Shown one piece after another: positions 46,667 through 56,585 of a stretch of DNA of 64,000 nt. The first letter of the stretch is position 1, and every line of letters begins with the position of its first letter. The notes beneath the pieces were generated by a model. The model was not told the origin of the DNA, ran no database searches, and saw only the letters and a list, made by a program, of their open reading frames with translations. Source of the DNA: Pyrodictiaceae archaeon (GTDB taxonomy: Archaea; Thermoproteota; Thermoprotei_A; Sulfolobales; Pyrodictiaceae); assembly GCA_027036135.1 (NCBI GenBank), contig JALVSY010000007.1, forward strand, positions 324,880 to 388,879, in the 5' to 3' direction. The position numbers were made by a program, and so were the translations under genes.

Positions 46667-47752
46667 CTGCTCTTCGACCGCTATGGTCGCCCATTAACGA
46701 ATTTAAGGATAATGGTGACTGGGCGCTGTAACTTCTCTTGTATATTTTGTCATATGGAGGGCTATAAAGAATCTAGAGTAATGAAGGAGGAGCTAAGTCT
46801 TGAAGAAATAAGATTAATAAAAGAAGCTGCACGGCGCCTCGATATATCCGCGTTTAAGATTACTGGTGGCGAACCAACACTGAGAGATGATTTAGTAGAC
46901 ATTGTACGTATTCTTAAAGAGGATAACTCATATGTATCAATTACTACTAATGCATCACTGATTCATAATCATTTACCTGGACTAGTTGATGCGGGAATAA
47001 ACCATGTGAATGTAAGCCTTCACGCCCTCAACGAAGCGTCATTCCAGAGGATAACAGGATCCAAGATGCTTAGGAGAGTTCTTAGTAACTTAAGGCTGCT
47101 TAGAGACTATAACGTGCCGGTGAAGATTAATTTTGTTATACTGCGAGGACTGAATGAAGAAGATATTCCAAAAATAATCGACCTCGCGGCCGAGCTCAAT
47201 GCTATGGTGCAGTTTATAGAGCTTCACCCTGTTGGAAAAGCTGTGAAGACGTTCAAGGAGCACTACTTGCCTCGCTGGCGCGTATTAGAGCTTCTTGAGG
47301 ATCGTATAGTCTCTATAGATTATCGCCTTGGATTGCATAATAGGCCTATCATCGTGCTCGACAACGGCGTAAAGGTTGAACTCGTAGGGCCAGTAGGCAA
47401 CTTCTTATTCTGCGCGGGCTGTACACGTATTAGGGTAACCTATGACTTTAAGCTATTACCTTGCCTTAACTGGGAGGGCCCCCCTATAGAGATTAGACCC
47501 CGGCTTAATAAGGCAGCAAGCTTCAACGAGAAAGTATCAGTGATTATCGAGGCCATCAAAGAGGCTAATAAGCTACGTAGACCTTTTGTCATGTATCCTC
47601 TTGGCGCAAAGATACCTGTCCCTAGAGGGAAATGGAGGACTATGAGACTTGGCCTACCTAAAAGTGATGGCAGGCTAGTCTATACAAGTAAGGATGCTAA
47701 GAAGCATTTAAAACTCTATCTCAGCGAGTGGGGGAAGTATGCTTTGTTCTAG
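46667..47752 (+). CDS. moaA: GTP 3',8-cyclase MoaA
   Basis: LFDRYGRP..NLRI N-terminus (upstream of the ORF-track ATG), CNFSCIFCHMEG, TGGEP, FCAGCTRIR...PCL. Confidence 0.93.
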   Translation: MLFDRYGRPLTNLRIMVTGRCNFSCIFCHMEGYKESRVMKEELSLEEIRLIKEAARRLDISAFKITGGEPTLRDDLVDIVRILKEDNSYVSITTNASLIHNHLPGLVDAGINHVNVSLHALNEASFQRITGSKMLRRVLSNLRLLRDYNVPVKINFVILRGLNEEDIPKIIDLAAELNAMVQFIELHPVGKAVKTFKEHYLPRWRVLELLEDRIVSIDYRLGLHNRPIIVLDNGVKVELVGPVGNFLFCAGCTRIRVTYDFKLLPCLNWEGPPIEIRPRLNKAASFNEKVSVIIEAIKEANKLRRPFVMYPLGAKIPVPRGKWRTMRLGLPKSDGRLVYTSKDAKKHLKLYLSEWGKYALF

Positions 47753-47758
47753 AAACAA

Positions 47759-48688
47759 TTATAGCAGTTGTAAGACCTTCTCAAGTATGATTAGGAGGAA
47801 GAATGTTCCTAGGTGCATATTAACGTACTTGAACGCCTTAGACGAGAACTCCTTATCACCTCTCTTATCAATGTATTTGACTGCTAGATAGAATATATGG
47901 CTAGCAGCTAGTAGGCCGTAGGCTGCTGTAATCACTGATATCGTGCCACTAAGCCATAGGCTCAGCGAGACATAACCCATTACAAGGGCGCCTAGCCCTA
48001 TACCAGTACCTATGCTCGCTGGATCAGCTACTACGGGAAGCATGGGCACGTTTGCCCGCCTATAATCATCCTTGTAATATGATGCCAGGAACCATATGTG
48101 GCTTGGCACCCACGCTGCAACTAGCAACGAGAAGAGGAGCCCTGGTGTAGATATTGCCCCACACCCTGCTGCCCATCCTCCTAGTGCTGGCGCTCCACCA
48201 GCTACTGCGCCAGCTATGATGCTTAGTGGCGTTCTACGCTTCAGCAGCAACGTGTAGGCGCCTATGTCGAACACGAAACCTATTATTATTGCTAATGCGA
48301 AGTAAATGTTTATATAAACTATAGACACTATAACCGAAAATGCAAACACTGCCAGCGAGGCATAGAATACTACTGATGGGCTTACGAGCCCGCTGGGTAG
48401 CGCTCTCCCACTAGTCCTCGGCATTAATGCATCGATATCCCTATCAAAGTACATATTAAGAGCCGTAGTTGAGCCTACAGCTAGGTATCCGAGAAGCCAT
48501 AGCAATAAATGATACTGTACTGGTCTATGTAGGCCTCCTGCTGCAATAAATGCAGTATACATTGATAAGAGGAGAAGCATTGTTTGCTTGAACTTGGTTA
48601 AATCGCTGACGACATGTACTATCTCGCTTAGCTCGCCTAAGGCGCCGTACCTAGTGCTCTTCCTATACTGGTCCTCCTTCTCGCTCAC
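47759..48688 (-). CDS. cyoE: protoheme IX farnesyltransferase (heme O synthase)
   Basis: NMYFDRDIDALMPRTSGRALPSG, YTLLLKRRT, WVPSHIW, DDYRRANVPMLPV. Confidence 0.92.
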   Translation of the reverse strand: MSEKEDQYRKSTRYGALGELSEIVHVVSDLTKFKQTMLLLLSMYTAFIAAGGLHRPVQYHLLLWLLGYLAVGSTTALNMYFDRDIDALMPRTSGRALPSGLVSPSVVFYASLAVFAFSVIVSIVYINIYFALAIIIGFVFDIGAYTLLLKRRTPLSIIAGAVAGGAPALGGWAAGCGAISTPGLLFSLLVAAWVPSHIWFLASYYKDDYRRANVPMLPVVADPASIGTGIGLGALVMGYVSLSLWLSGTISVITAAYGLLAASHIFYLAVKYIDKRGDKEFSSKAFKYVNMHLGTFFLLIILEKVLQLL

Positions 48689-48790
48689 GAGAGAACCCCG
48701 CTAACTGAAACTTTTAGGAGAAACTCTTATTTAAGCGAAACTAAGGAGTTTTTAACACCCGTTGTTTAACACTCATGTGGAGCCAGCACT

Positions 48791-49132
48791 ATGCCTTGCG
48801 AGAAAAGTCTCCATGCCACAATTAGGATATCGGCTCATAGCCTAGAGGATCTATATGCTTGTATACGACTATTAGCCGAGAAACTGTGCTCAGAAATGGA
48901 GTGCCTATACCCTGACACACTTTCTTGGATAATTGCTGGCGACGAGAATTGCTTAGTAAAGGTAATGACTCCTCAACCATTACATCCAGTATCGGGCTCT
49001 AACCTATTACCAGCCATAGTTGCCTCATCTATTGAAATAACTTGTAGCACACCAAGGGAGCTTATAAGTAAAGGCAAGGCTATATTTAATACCATCAAGG
49101 GCTGTAGGGGGGTAGGAACAACACTCTCATAG
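48791..49132 (+). CDS. hypothetical protein
   Basis: 113-aa ORF with a GGAG RBS; no motif. Confidence 0.55.
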   Translation: MPCEKSLHATIRISAHSLEDLYACIRLLAEKLCSEMECLYPDTLSWIIAGDENCLVKVMTPQPLHPVSGSNLLPAIVASSIEITCSTPRELISKGKAIFNTIKGCRGVGTTLS

Positions 49133-49141
49133 CAGAGCCGC

Positions 49142-49202
49142 GGCGATGATGTAGATAAGCGGTCACGGATAATACTGTGAAGACACTCCCATGGACTGAG
49201 CC
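49142..49202 (+). ncRNA. C/D box sRNA
   Basis: C ATGATGT (49146), D' CGGA (49166), C' GTGAAGA (49177), D CTGA (49196); GGC/GCC stem. Confidence 0.75.
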
Positions 49203-49281
49203 AGGAGAGTTACTTGTACTCTATGACACATTTCTTAATAATGAACGTCGCTTCTCTAACATATACACGAGGGAGGTAATC

Positions 49282-50226
49282 ATGCCTGGGCCGCTTAAGG
49301 GTAGAGACCTCTTATCTATAAGAGACTTGTCGCGCGAAGAGCTAGAGCTAGTCCTCGATACCGCAAGGATAATGAAGACGAGATTCTATTCCGGAGAACG
49401 CGTCATCCCCGTCCTTAAGGGCAAGTCGGTAGCACTCATCTTCGAGAAACCCAGTACAAGGACTAGGGTCAGTATGGAGCTGGCAGTTGTCCAGCTAGGA
49501 GGATATCCTCTTTACCTTAGAAGGGATGAGCTTCAGCTTGCACGAGGCGAACCAATAAAGGATACTGCTCGTGTACTATCCCGCTACGTCGACGCTATAG
49601 CGGCAAGAGTGTATAAGCACGAGAGCCTTGAGGAGCTGGCTGCATATGCCTCAGTGCCGGTAATAAACATGCTAAGTGACCTCGAGCACCCATTACAAGC
49701 CATAGCGGATGTATTGACTATTCGTGAGAAAAAGGGAGGCATAAAAGGTGTAAAAGTGGTATATGTGGGTGATGCGAGAAACAATGTTGCTCATAGCCTT
49801 ATGCTAGCTGTCGCTAAGCTAGGAGGCCACATGGTACTGGCCTCGCCACGCCAGCTACGTCCACGCGAGGACCTATTACAAGCAGCCCTTGAAGCCACCA
49901 AGGAGAGCGGAGGAACAGTGGAGGTCACCGAGGATCCGCGCGAGGCTGTAAAGGGTGCTGATGTGGTTTATACTGATGTGTGGGTAAGCATGGGCGAGGA
50001 GGCACAGGCAGAAGAGAAGAGGAGGCTCCTACAAGGCTACCAAGTGAATGCCGAGCTAATGTCACTAGCAGCTAATAATGCCATATTCATGCACTGTTTA
50101 CCAGCCCATAGAGGAGAGGAGGTCACCGATGACGTGATAGAAGGGCCTTGGAGCGTAGTCTGGGACCAGGCCGAGAACAGGCTGCATGCACAAAAAGCTG
50201 TACTAGCACTAATACTGGGCGATTAG
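49282..50226 (+). CDS. argF: ornithine carbamoyltransferase
   Basis: [29 protein letters not shown]; ATG 49282 after GGAGGT. Confidence 0.96.
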   Translation: MPGPLKGRDLLSIRDLSREELELVLDTARIMKTRFYSGERVIPVLKGKSVALIFEKPSTRTRVSMELAVVQLGGYPLYLRRDELQLARGEPIKDTARVLSRYVDAIAARVYKHESLEELAAYASVPVINMLSDLEHPLQAIADVLTIREKKGGIKGVKVVYVGDARNNVAHSLMLAVAKLGGHMVLASPRQLRPREDLLQAALEATKESGGTVEVTEDPREAVKGADVVYTDVWVSMGEEAQAEEKRRLLQGYQVNAELMSLAANNAIFMHCLPAHRGEEVTDDVIEGPWSVVWDQAENRLHAQKAVLALILGD

Positions 50227-50576
50227 CCCCGTATCCTTTTTACCTCGATAGAGTTTTCCTTGGCATAGTTCTTGGCTTCGTCATCTAGTCTTGGCCCGTT
50301 GCCGTAGAGCACAAGGACTGGCTTTGCTGATAGGCTCTCAGCTTTCTTCTTCAAAGACTCTAGGTCTGCTTTACCCAGGACTTTCTTACCATTAACAACA
50401 TCTATGGCGAACTTCTCCTTGCCCTTTATAGCAACAAATGAGACTGTGCCATGCTTTGTCGCGACATGCATCCTTACATGGAACCCTGCCTCAACATAGT
50501 GTCCAGCAATCTTTCCCTCCACCCCATATTTCTGCTCAAGCTTCCTCTGCTGGAACACTATCTCGGCTAGCGTCAC
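50223..50576 (-). CDS. hypothetical protein, restriction-endonuclease-like (PD-(D/E)xK) fold, degenerate active site
   Basis: E..IA..Y...GF.V....[16 protein letters not shown] pattern resembles Mrr/HJR-like domains. Confidence 0.5.
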   Translation of the reverse strand: MTLAEIVFQQRKLEQKYGVEGKIAGHYVEAGFHVRMHVATKHGTVSFVAIKGKEKFAIDVVNGKKVLGKADLESLKKKAESLSAKPVLVLYGNGPRLDDEAKNYAKENSIEVKRIRG

Positions 50577-50668
50577 GGCTACGTTTCACCCCGTGACATT
50601 CCCGGGCAGAGAGGCTAGCCCTTTTATTCTTCAAGCTTTCGGTAGCCTGAGAAGGGGATAAGGAGGCC

Positions 50669-50911
50669 TTGGATCCGGTTTTCGCCCTAGGTATCACAGG
50701 GATGCTCTTCATCGTTGCTGGCTGGGCTATATCGATAACATCTCTTCCTCCGCTTAGGCTAAGCACATTGTATTTCGTTGGAAGCTTGTTACTAACCATA
50801 TATGCTATTCTCCAACGCGATCCCGTATTCACAGCTCTTAATGCAGCAGCAACCTTGCTTGCGCTTATAAATATTACTAGAACACTTAAACTTCGCAGAC
50901 AAACCGGGTAG
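50669..50911 (+). CDS. small 3-TM membrane protein
   Basis: LGITG..., GSLLLTIYAIL..DPVFTALN (PQ-loop/SemiSWEET-like topology). Confidence 0.65.
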   Translation: MDPVFALGITGMLFIVAGWAISITSLPPLRLSTLYFVGSLLLTIYAILQRDPVFTALNAAATLLALINITRTLKLRRQTG

Positions 50912-50931
50912 GCAAGGGAGCACCTACCAGG

Positions 50932-53199
50932 GTGACAGGTACCTTGGCTAGAAAGGGACGCGGAAAAGAGACCAATGTTATGTCGAAATTAATGGGGTTT
51001 GCACAGAGACATGGATTATGGGTCTCTATAGTCTTACTCATCGTTGCTTTATGGGCGGGATTCAGCATAAGGTATATCCCTTACAAGAACTACAACAAGA
51101 TAGTATCAAATGCCAAGGCTATGGGGCTAGGAGATGTCTCGGTAACCGCTAGGTTCGGCGCCATGGATCCATTAATAGAGTACTGGCTAGCTAAGTATCT
51201 CCACGACCACGGTCTCGGCTCGTGGAATACACTGCATCCACCTAACCCTGCAGTTATGAAGTTCTGGTACCCATGGGGCAGAGACTTTACTCATAGCGCG
51301 AAGCCCTTCATACCATTTATCGGCGCAAAGCCTCCACATGGACTAAGTGTTGCACAATGGGTTTCCCTGCTACCACCAATATTTGGCACACTAATGGTAC
51401 TAATGGTGTTCCTATACATGTACTCTACCTATGGTCGTACCGCGGCAGTAACTGCTGCCCTCTTAGCAGCTGTATTGCCATCATCCATTATAAGAACCTA
51501 TGCAGGCTTTGTAGAGAAGGTCGGCATAGCTATGCCCTTCCTAGTACTCACAGTGTGGCTATTCGTTGAGGCTATGAGGAGAAATAATTATGTGCTGGCA
51601 GCCGTAGCGGGGATTATTGGCGGCTTCATAGATTTCATATGGGGCGGCTACCTTCTAGGAGGACTAATCCTAGCAGCTGCTACCGCTTTAGCACCCTTAG
51701 CGACAAGCTCGGCGAAAGAGACTCGGACAAAATTCCTACTAGGGCTAGTAGCAACAATAGCCTATGGTATAACCCTATTAGCTGAAAACAACTATACACC
51801 AACACCAAAGAGATACATAGAGCTACCAATAGCCATAGTAATATTCTTCTTCGCTATATATGAGAGCCTCGAGAAAATCGTAACTAGGAGGCACGGATAT
51901 GCTACCGAGAAACGAGTTGTACTTAGCTATGTAGCCATCCTGGTAATCCTTGGTATCTCAGTATTCTTTGTAGCGCCTTACATTGGCATAGGCGGCAAAT
52001 ATTATTATGCTCTTCTCGGCCCACTCAGAGGAATAATTCATGCAAAGCTAGGAGTAATCGTATTCACTGTAGCCGAGAACAATCCTCCAAGCCCCAGGCT
52101 GTTACTTCATAGAATGAATGTAATACTATTTACAGCGCCCATAGCTGGGCTATATTTGTTGTACATTGCTATAAGGCGTAAAGAGCCCTGGCACCTTCCA
52201 CTAGTAGTATCGTCTCTTGGTTTCTACCATGCACTCTTAGGAATGGCTTATTTCGAGCAAGTTGCATCGGTATTCGGCATACTTGTATCAGCTGCAATGC
52301 TAGGGGTAATCATCAAAGATCTTGTATGGGAGGAAAAAACCGCTAAAAGAGGTAGAAGAAAGTATTCAGAGACCCACGAAATCCTCGCATTCTCAGCAAT
52401 CCTATTAGCAATAATACTCGTTGCAGGTATGGCTGCAGGAGCTCATGTTTCAATCAACATGGTAAAGAACATGGCACCGATACAGCTCGACATGCCTAAT
52501 ATGAATGCCCAGCAGTATGGATGGCTATACTTGCTCCATCTATTCCGGGATAGGACGCCAAACAATACCGTAGTAGTTGCTTGGTGGGACTACGGCTACT
52601 TGATAACAGTAGGCTCCGATAGAGCAACTGTAGCCGACGGCGCAACAATAAATAGTACACAGATAAAGCTACTCGCAAAATTCTTCACAACCACTAACGA
52701 GGACGAAGCATCAAATATACTGAGAGAATTACACTTGAAACCGAACAGAACACTGATATTGATACACGAGGCCGTACTCTACAATCCGGCCACCGGCGCC
52801 ATAATATATACCCCAAGCATAGGAGACATAGCTAAGTCAACAGCAATGCTACTAATAGCAGGTGTAATGAAGCGTGGAGAGGGACTAACACAGCAAGTCA
52901 TTAACCATTTCCTAAACTCAACAATATACCGTATGTTCGTCACCGCGCCATACTATATGAACAAGATCGGCATAGTATTCATCCCGTTCAAGGGCCCCAC
53001 TAGAGGCTTCAACGTTACCTCGGTATATGTTGCTGGAGTAAACAAGGTTGGCAAACCATACCACTTCAAGCATTTCAAACCATACCTAGTACTCATATCG
53101 CCCTTTGTTGATAGAAACGGTCACGTCCTAGTACAGAGGATAGGTAATGATACCTATCAGCTAGGCATAATATACGTCGTCTATAAGTGGACCGGCTAG
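50932..53199 (+). CDS. aglB: oligosaccharyltransferase AglB (STT3)
   Basis: Multi-TM N-terminal region, DP, WYPWG, TVAEN, WWDYG, ADG, DIAK motif. Confidence 0.95.
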   Translation: MTGTLARKGRGKETNVMSKLMGFAQRHGLWVSIVLLIVALWAGFSIRYIPYKNYNKIVSNAKAMGLGDVSVTARFGAMDPLIEYWLAKYLHDHGLGSWNTLHPPNPAVMKFWYPWGRDFTHSAKPFIPFIGAKPPHGLSVAQWVSLLPPIFGTLMVLMVFLYMYSTYGRTAAVTAALLAAVLPSSIIRTYAGFVEKVGIAMPFLVLTVWLFVEAMRRNNYVLAAVAGIIGGFIDFIWGGYLLGGLILAAATALAPLATSSAKETRTKFLLGLVATIAYGITLLAENNYTPTPKRYIELPIAIVIFFFAIYESLEKIVTRRHGYATEKRVVLSYVAILVILGISVFFVAPYIGIGGKYYYALLGPLRGIIHAKLGVIVFTVAENNPPSPRLLLHRMNVILFTAPIAGLYLLYIAIRRKEPWHLPLVVSSLGFYHALLGMAYFEQVASVFGILVSAAMLGVIIKDLVWEEKTAKRGRRKYSETHEILAFSAILLAIILVAGMAAGAHVSINMVKNMAPIQLDMPNMNAQQYGWLYLLHLFRDRTPNNTVVVAWWDYGYLITVGSDRATVADGATINSTQIKLLAKFFTTTNEDEASNILRELHLKPNRTLILIHEAVLYNPATGAIIYTPSIGDIAKSTAMLLIAGVMKRGEGLTQQVINHFLNSTIYRMFVTAPYYMNKIGIVFIPFKGPTRGFNVTSVYVAGVNKVGKPYHFKHFKPYLVLISPFVDRNGHVLVQRIGNDTYQLGIIYVVYKWTG

Positions 53200-53356
53200 C
53201 ATAGATACAATATCGAGAAGAGACAACGGTTAGATATAAGTTCGCCTTAATGCCTCATTAACCCCCTGGTTTTTATAGGTGCAAGCAAGATAGCCTATGA
53301 ATCTACACCGGGTCTCCTAGATACAGTGTACCGTGGACTATGGGTGCTACACTGCC

Positions 53357-53839
53357 ATGTTTTTCCGCAGCAAGAGGAGGACCGCGAGTCCCAGGGTACA
53401 GCTACTCGAGCTGGCAGTAGCTACTAGGTACGCAGTTTCAAGGCTTAGTCTCCTCGCTTCACGGCTCCGTTCGACATACGAAAGGACTAAGGATGAGTCC
53501 CTTAAAGCAATGCTGCAAAAGGTGCTCTATATGCAGGCCGTATTAGAGATAGCATCTGTCCGGCTTGAAACGCTCGCCGATATAGGACTTCTATCTTCAG
53601 AGGATCTCTCTATTCTTAAGCGCGTCGTCTCCGACTTAAAGGGTGCACAAGGCCTTGTAATGCCCGCTGTTTCTAGCATGCTTGCTGACCTCGACAATAT
53701 GATCTCGCACATGGCTTCTAGTGCTGGCATAGAATTGACTCCCCTAAACCCCGTGGTGGAGGAGCACGCAAAGAAGATAATGGAGGAGGCAAAACTCGTA
53801 GCTAATGAGCGCTTGAAGGAATATTTCCCGAGCACGTAG
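53357..53839 (+). CDS. ESCRT-III / CdvB paralogue (short, CdvB3-like)
   Basis: LEIASVRLETL, MPAVS.ML and C-terminal EHAKKIMEEAKLVANERLKEYFP match crenarchaeal Snf7-family patterns; no C-terminal wHTH. Confidence 0.7.
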   Translation: MFFRSKRRTASPRVQLLELAVATRYAVSRLSLLASRLRSTYERTKDESLKAMLQKVLYMQAVLEIASVRLETLADIGLLSSEDLSILKRVVSDLKGAQGLVMPAVSSMLADLDNMISHMASSAGIELTPLNPVVEEHAKKIMEEAKLVANERLKEYFPST

Positions 53840-53964
53840 ACTAGTAGGGAGAGAGCAGGCTATTAGCAACCTAATTTGTATCTTCTAAAAGAGGAAAAGA
53901 GTAGAGTCTTAGTATGTTTCTCGAGACTATTTGCATAAAGAAGACTTGGCCAGAGGCCTTTGAG

Positions 53965-54285
53965 ATGAGCCTTGAGGAAACCATTAGGGAGAAAATAATA
54001 AGAGTTCTCATGGAATCGCGTCGTCCACTAACTGCTAGAGAGATAGCCGAGGCCGTAGGGCTTGATCCTTACCGCGGCGAGGCAGAGGTCTACGAGCATT
54101 TGAGGCATATAGCGAAGACTCTTCGCAGAAGATATGGAGGCAGAGCGGTGCTATACATGATTCCTCCTCGGTGCAAAGACTGCGGCTACGTGTTTAAGGA
54201 TCTACGTGAGCCCCGAAAGCCTAGTAGGTGTCCTCGGTGCAAGAGCCAGCGCATAGAGCCCCCGAAATTCTATATAGAGACTTAG
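53965..54285 (+). CDS. HTH + Zn-ribbon transcriptional regulator (COG3357)
   Basis: PLTAREIAE, VYEHLRHIAK, PPRCKDCGYVF...KPSRCPRCKS. Confidence 0.88.
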   Translation: MSLEETIREKIIRVLMESRRPLTAREIAEAVGLDPYRGEAEVYEHLRHIAKTLRRRYGGRAVLYMIPPRCKDCGYVFKDLREPRKPSRCPRCKSQRIEPPKFYIET

Positions 54286-54290
54286 CCTAG

Positions 54291-54545
54291 GTGCTAATTC
54301 TCAGGGAGAACAGTATGAGAACTATATTGACTTGGTTCCGGGGAGAAAAAGAAATTGTTGCACGCACATACGATGACGACGGTAAACTGGTAGCCGAGAA
54401 AATCTACAATGATGTATACCTCATAGAGGCCAAGGTGCCGATACTCCTGCCCACCACATTGGTTAGGGATATACGTGTCCTCGTGCTTGATCGAAACGTT
54501 GAGCTAAGGAGGAAGGGCTCTATACTAGTTATTGAGCAGCGGTGA
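54291..54545 (+). CDS. hypothetical protein
   Basis: Beta-rich 84-aa ORF in an operon-like arrangement. Confidence 0.55.
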   Translation: MLILRENSMRTILTWFRGEKEIVARTYDDDGKLVAEKIYNDVYLIEAKVPILLPTTLVRDIRVLVLDRNVELRRKGSILVIEQR

Positions 54546-54551
54546 TGAGCA

Positions 54552-54974
54552 GTGCTGGAAGCGCGTGTGGAGAGGAGTAAGAGCAGGAGCGGTAAGCACG
54601 CTGTACGTGACCTTGTGCTCCTTGCGTCGAGTAAGGGTGAGGTTAGGGAGCCTCACCCCCGTTTACAACAGCCGGCGAGACCTATCTATTCTCGGGGAGA
54701 GGCTTACCACGTGTACATAGACGTCCCTGAAGGATGGTACTTGGTACAAGTGCATCTTGTCCGAAATCTTCGTGGCCATGTTAAGGGCTATATAGAGGTC
54801 TATTCTAATACTGGCGAGAAGCTCTTTCGCGCCGTGTATCGCAAGCTAAAACTAAGGTATAGTGAAGGGAATCCACAATATGCATGGATTGTTCAACGTG
54901 TAGCAGACTACCTCAAGCTACCTGTAAAGAACATTAACCTTGTACCACACAGTTATCGGAGTATGAAGAAATAA
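54552..54974 (+). CDS. hypothetical basic protein
   Basis: SRSGKHA, VRNLRGHVKG, YRKLKLRYSEG; GGTGA RBS. Confidence 0.7.
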   Translation: MLEARVERSKSRSGKHAVRDLVLLASSKGEVREPHPRLQQPARPIYSRGEAYHVYIDVPEGWYLVQVHLVRNLRGHVKGYIEVYSNTGEKLFRAVYRKLKLRYSEGNPQYAWIVQRVADYLKLPVKNINLVPHSYRSMKK

Positions 54975-55084
54975 GGGCTTCTTTAAGCCACTCTAATAAG
55001 TGGCCGATGACCGGGGCCTCTAGCTAAGCCCGCCGCGAAAAGAGGGGCCATGACGTATTCACGGACCGGGGGAGGCGCTTCGTC

Positions 55085-55400
55085 TTGAGCAAGCATGTTA
55101 TGCGACTACTTACAGAGAAGGAGATAAAACATATGCTCATCCAGGCCGCTAAGAACCAAGGTGTGTCTCTACAGGATATTGTTGAGTGGCTTTTACTACG
55201 AGGCTGGTATACGGGCGCGTCCTTCTTGGAGTGATGTTGAGAAGAAGGTTCTTAGTAATGATGTTGATCCACGATCACTGGCTTCATTTCTCCTCGAGCA
55301 AGGTGTAGAAATAGATGAGGAGGAGTGGTTGAGAATACTTGACAAGTACTCCGGTCTCGAGGAGCCTAGATTTCTTAGGCGAGGAGAGAGAAGCAAATGA
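55085..55400 (+). pseudogene. small protein split by a +1 frameshift at CTTTT (55190-55194)
   Basis: ORF1 (TTG 55085 after GGGGGAGG; ...QGVSLQDIVEWL) joins ORF2 (YYEAGIRARPSWSDVEKK...) if one T is skipped. Confidence 0.6.
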
Positions 55401-55990
55401 GGTGCAAGCCTGAAATAAATGAGTTCTTAGAGATAATACTAGGTTCCAAGTACGGTGTCTCTGAGCTAGTTTCAGCTCTTCTGGCTATAAGGGACTTCGA
55501 GCCCATTGGGCGAACCATGCTTTCTCGAATACTTGGGCTAGGGGATAAGAAAACAAGGAACCTGGTAAAGGCTCTTGAAGCCCTCGGCTTAGTAAGGGTT
55601 ACCCGTGCAGGGTCAAGCCTGACTAGCCGTGCTAGCATGTTCCTCAGGCTAATCAAGTGCTTTGACTCGCGTGGTTTCACGGTCTCACTAGTTCCTTGCG
55701 ATATCAGTGATGTAAATATTCTCTTTCTACGAGATAGGCTTATCATGTTGCTTGGAGACCCAGCGCTCCTTGTGGCAATTGGGTATTCCAGTAATTCTCG
55801 TATAGAGTTCCCCGGTGTACCACTAAGGCTTCAAAATGAGTTATCAAATATTGTAAGGGCGTTCACAGGAGCCGGGAACGAGGCTATAGCGCTTTTTGGG
55901 GCGAGGAAATGCTATGTTTGTTGCTCTAGCTTCTTACAAGCATTGATGGCCTCTCCTAGGCGATCGGCTACAATATCGCGTAGCCTCTGA
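55397..55990 (+). CDS. DUF4443-like winged-helix protein
   Basis: EPIGRTMLSRILGLGDKKTRNLVKALEALGLV...G; LRD motif. Confidence 0.65.
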   Translation: MRCKPEINEFLEIILGSKYGVSELVSALLAIRDFEPIGRTMLSRILGLGDKKTRNLVKALEALGLVRVTRAGSSLTSRASMFLRLIKCFDSRGFTVSLVPCDISDVNILFLRDRLIMLLGDPALLVAIGYSSNSRIEFPGVPLRLQNELSNIVRAFTGAGNEAIALFGARKCYVCCSSFLQALMASPRRSATISRSL

Positions 55991-56487
55991 GCTGCATCAA
56001 TCCTCTCAAGAATATTGGCTACTGGCGGTGGAACGAGGTTACGCCAGTAATCGCTCCCCATTAGTAGTTTGCAGCGCACCATCTCGCCGCGCCACTTGTC
56101 TCGGCGAAGAAGCGGAGGCGTTACAGTCTTTATTCCTGCGTCGCGAAAAGCGCGTGCGACAGCTGGGTTAGCTGTGGCAACAGCTATTACAGGAGGAACA
56201 AAGGATAAGACGTATAATGCGTTTCCCATGAATATTCTGAGAGTATGAATGGTGGCCGTAATCACCCTTGATGCTTGGATCCCGCTCCACTTAATCGTCT
56301 CGTGTATCATTAGTAGTCTCTCGCCCGCGGTAAAGGGGTTTAGCCAAGTATGGCTCTCATCACTCATCCCGACAAGTACAACGACCTCGTCAAAGCGCTC
56401 CAGGAGCCACTTCAGCGCCTCAAAATGACCGTAGTGGAATGGCTGAAAGCGTCCAAAGAACAATACTCTGCTGGCATCACGGCTCAA
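55912..56487 (-). CDS. nadM: nicotinamide-nucleotide adenylyltransferase
   Basis: FFGRFQPFHYGH, SHTWLNPFTAGER, WRNLVP. Confidence 0.92.
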   Translation of the reverse strand: MSRDASRVLFFGRFQPFHYGHFEALKWLLERFDEVVVLVGMSDESHTWLNPFTAGERLLMIHETIKWSGIQASRVITATIHTLRIFMGNALYVLSFVPPVIAVATANPAVARAFRDAGIKTVTPPLLRRDKWRGEMVRCKLLMGSDYWRNLVPPPVANILERIDAAQRLRDIVADRLGEAINACKKLEQQT

Positions 56488-56585
56488 GGTCCGTGGTCAC
56501 CCGGGGACGCGCCATCTAGGATTCTTAACTGGAACAAGAAAAGCTAATCTAATTAGCTCTGCACGGTGAATGTAAAGGGGCTAAG

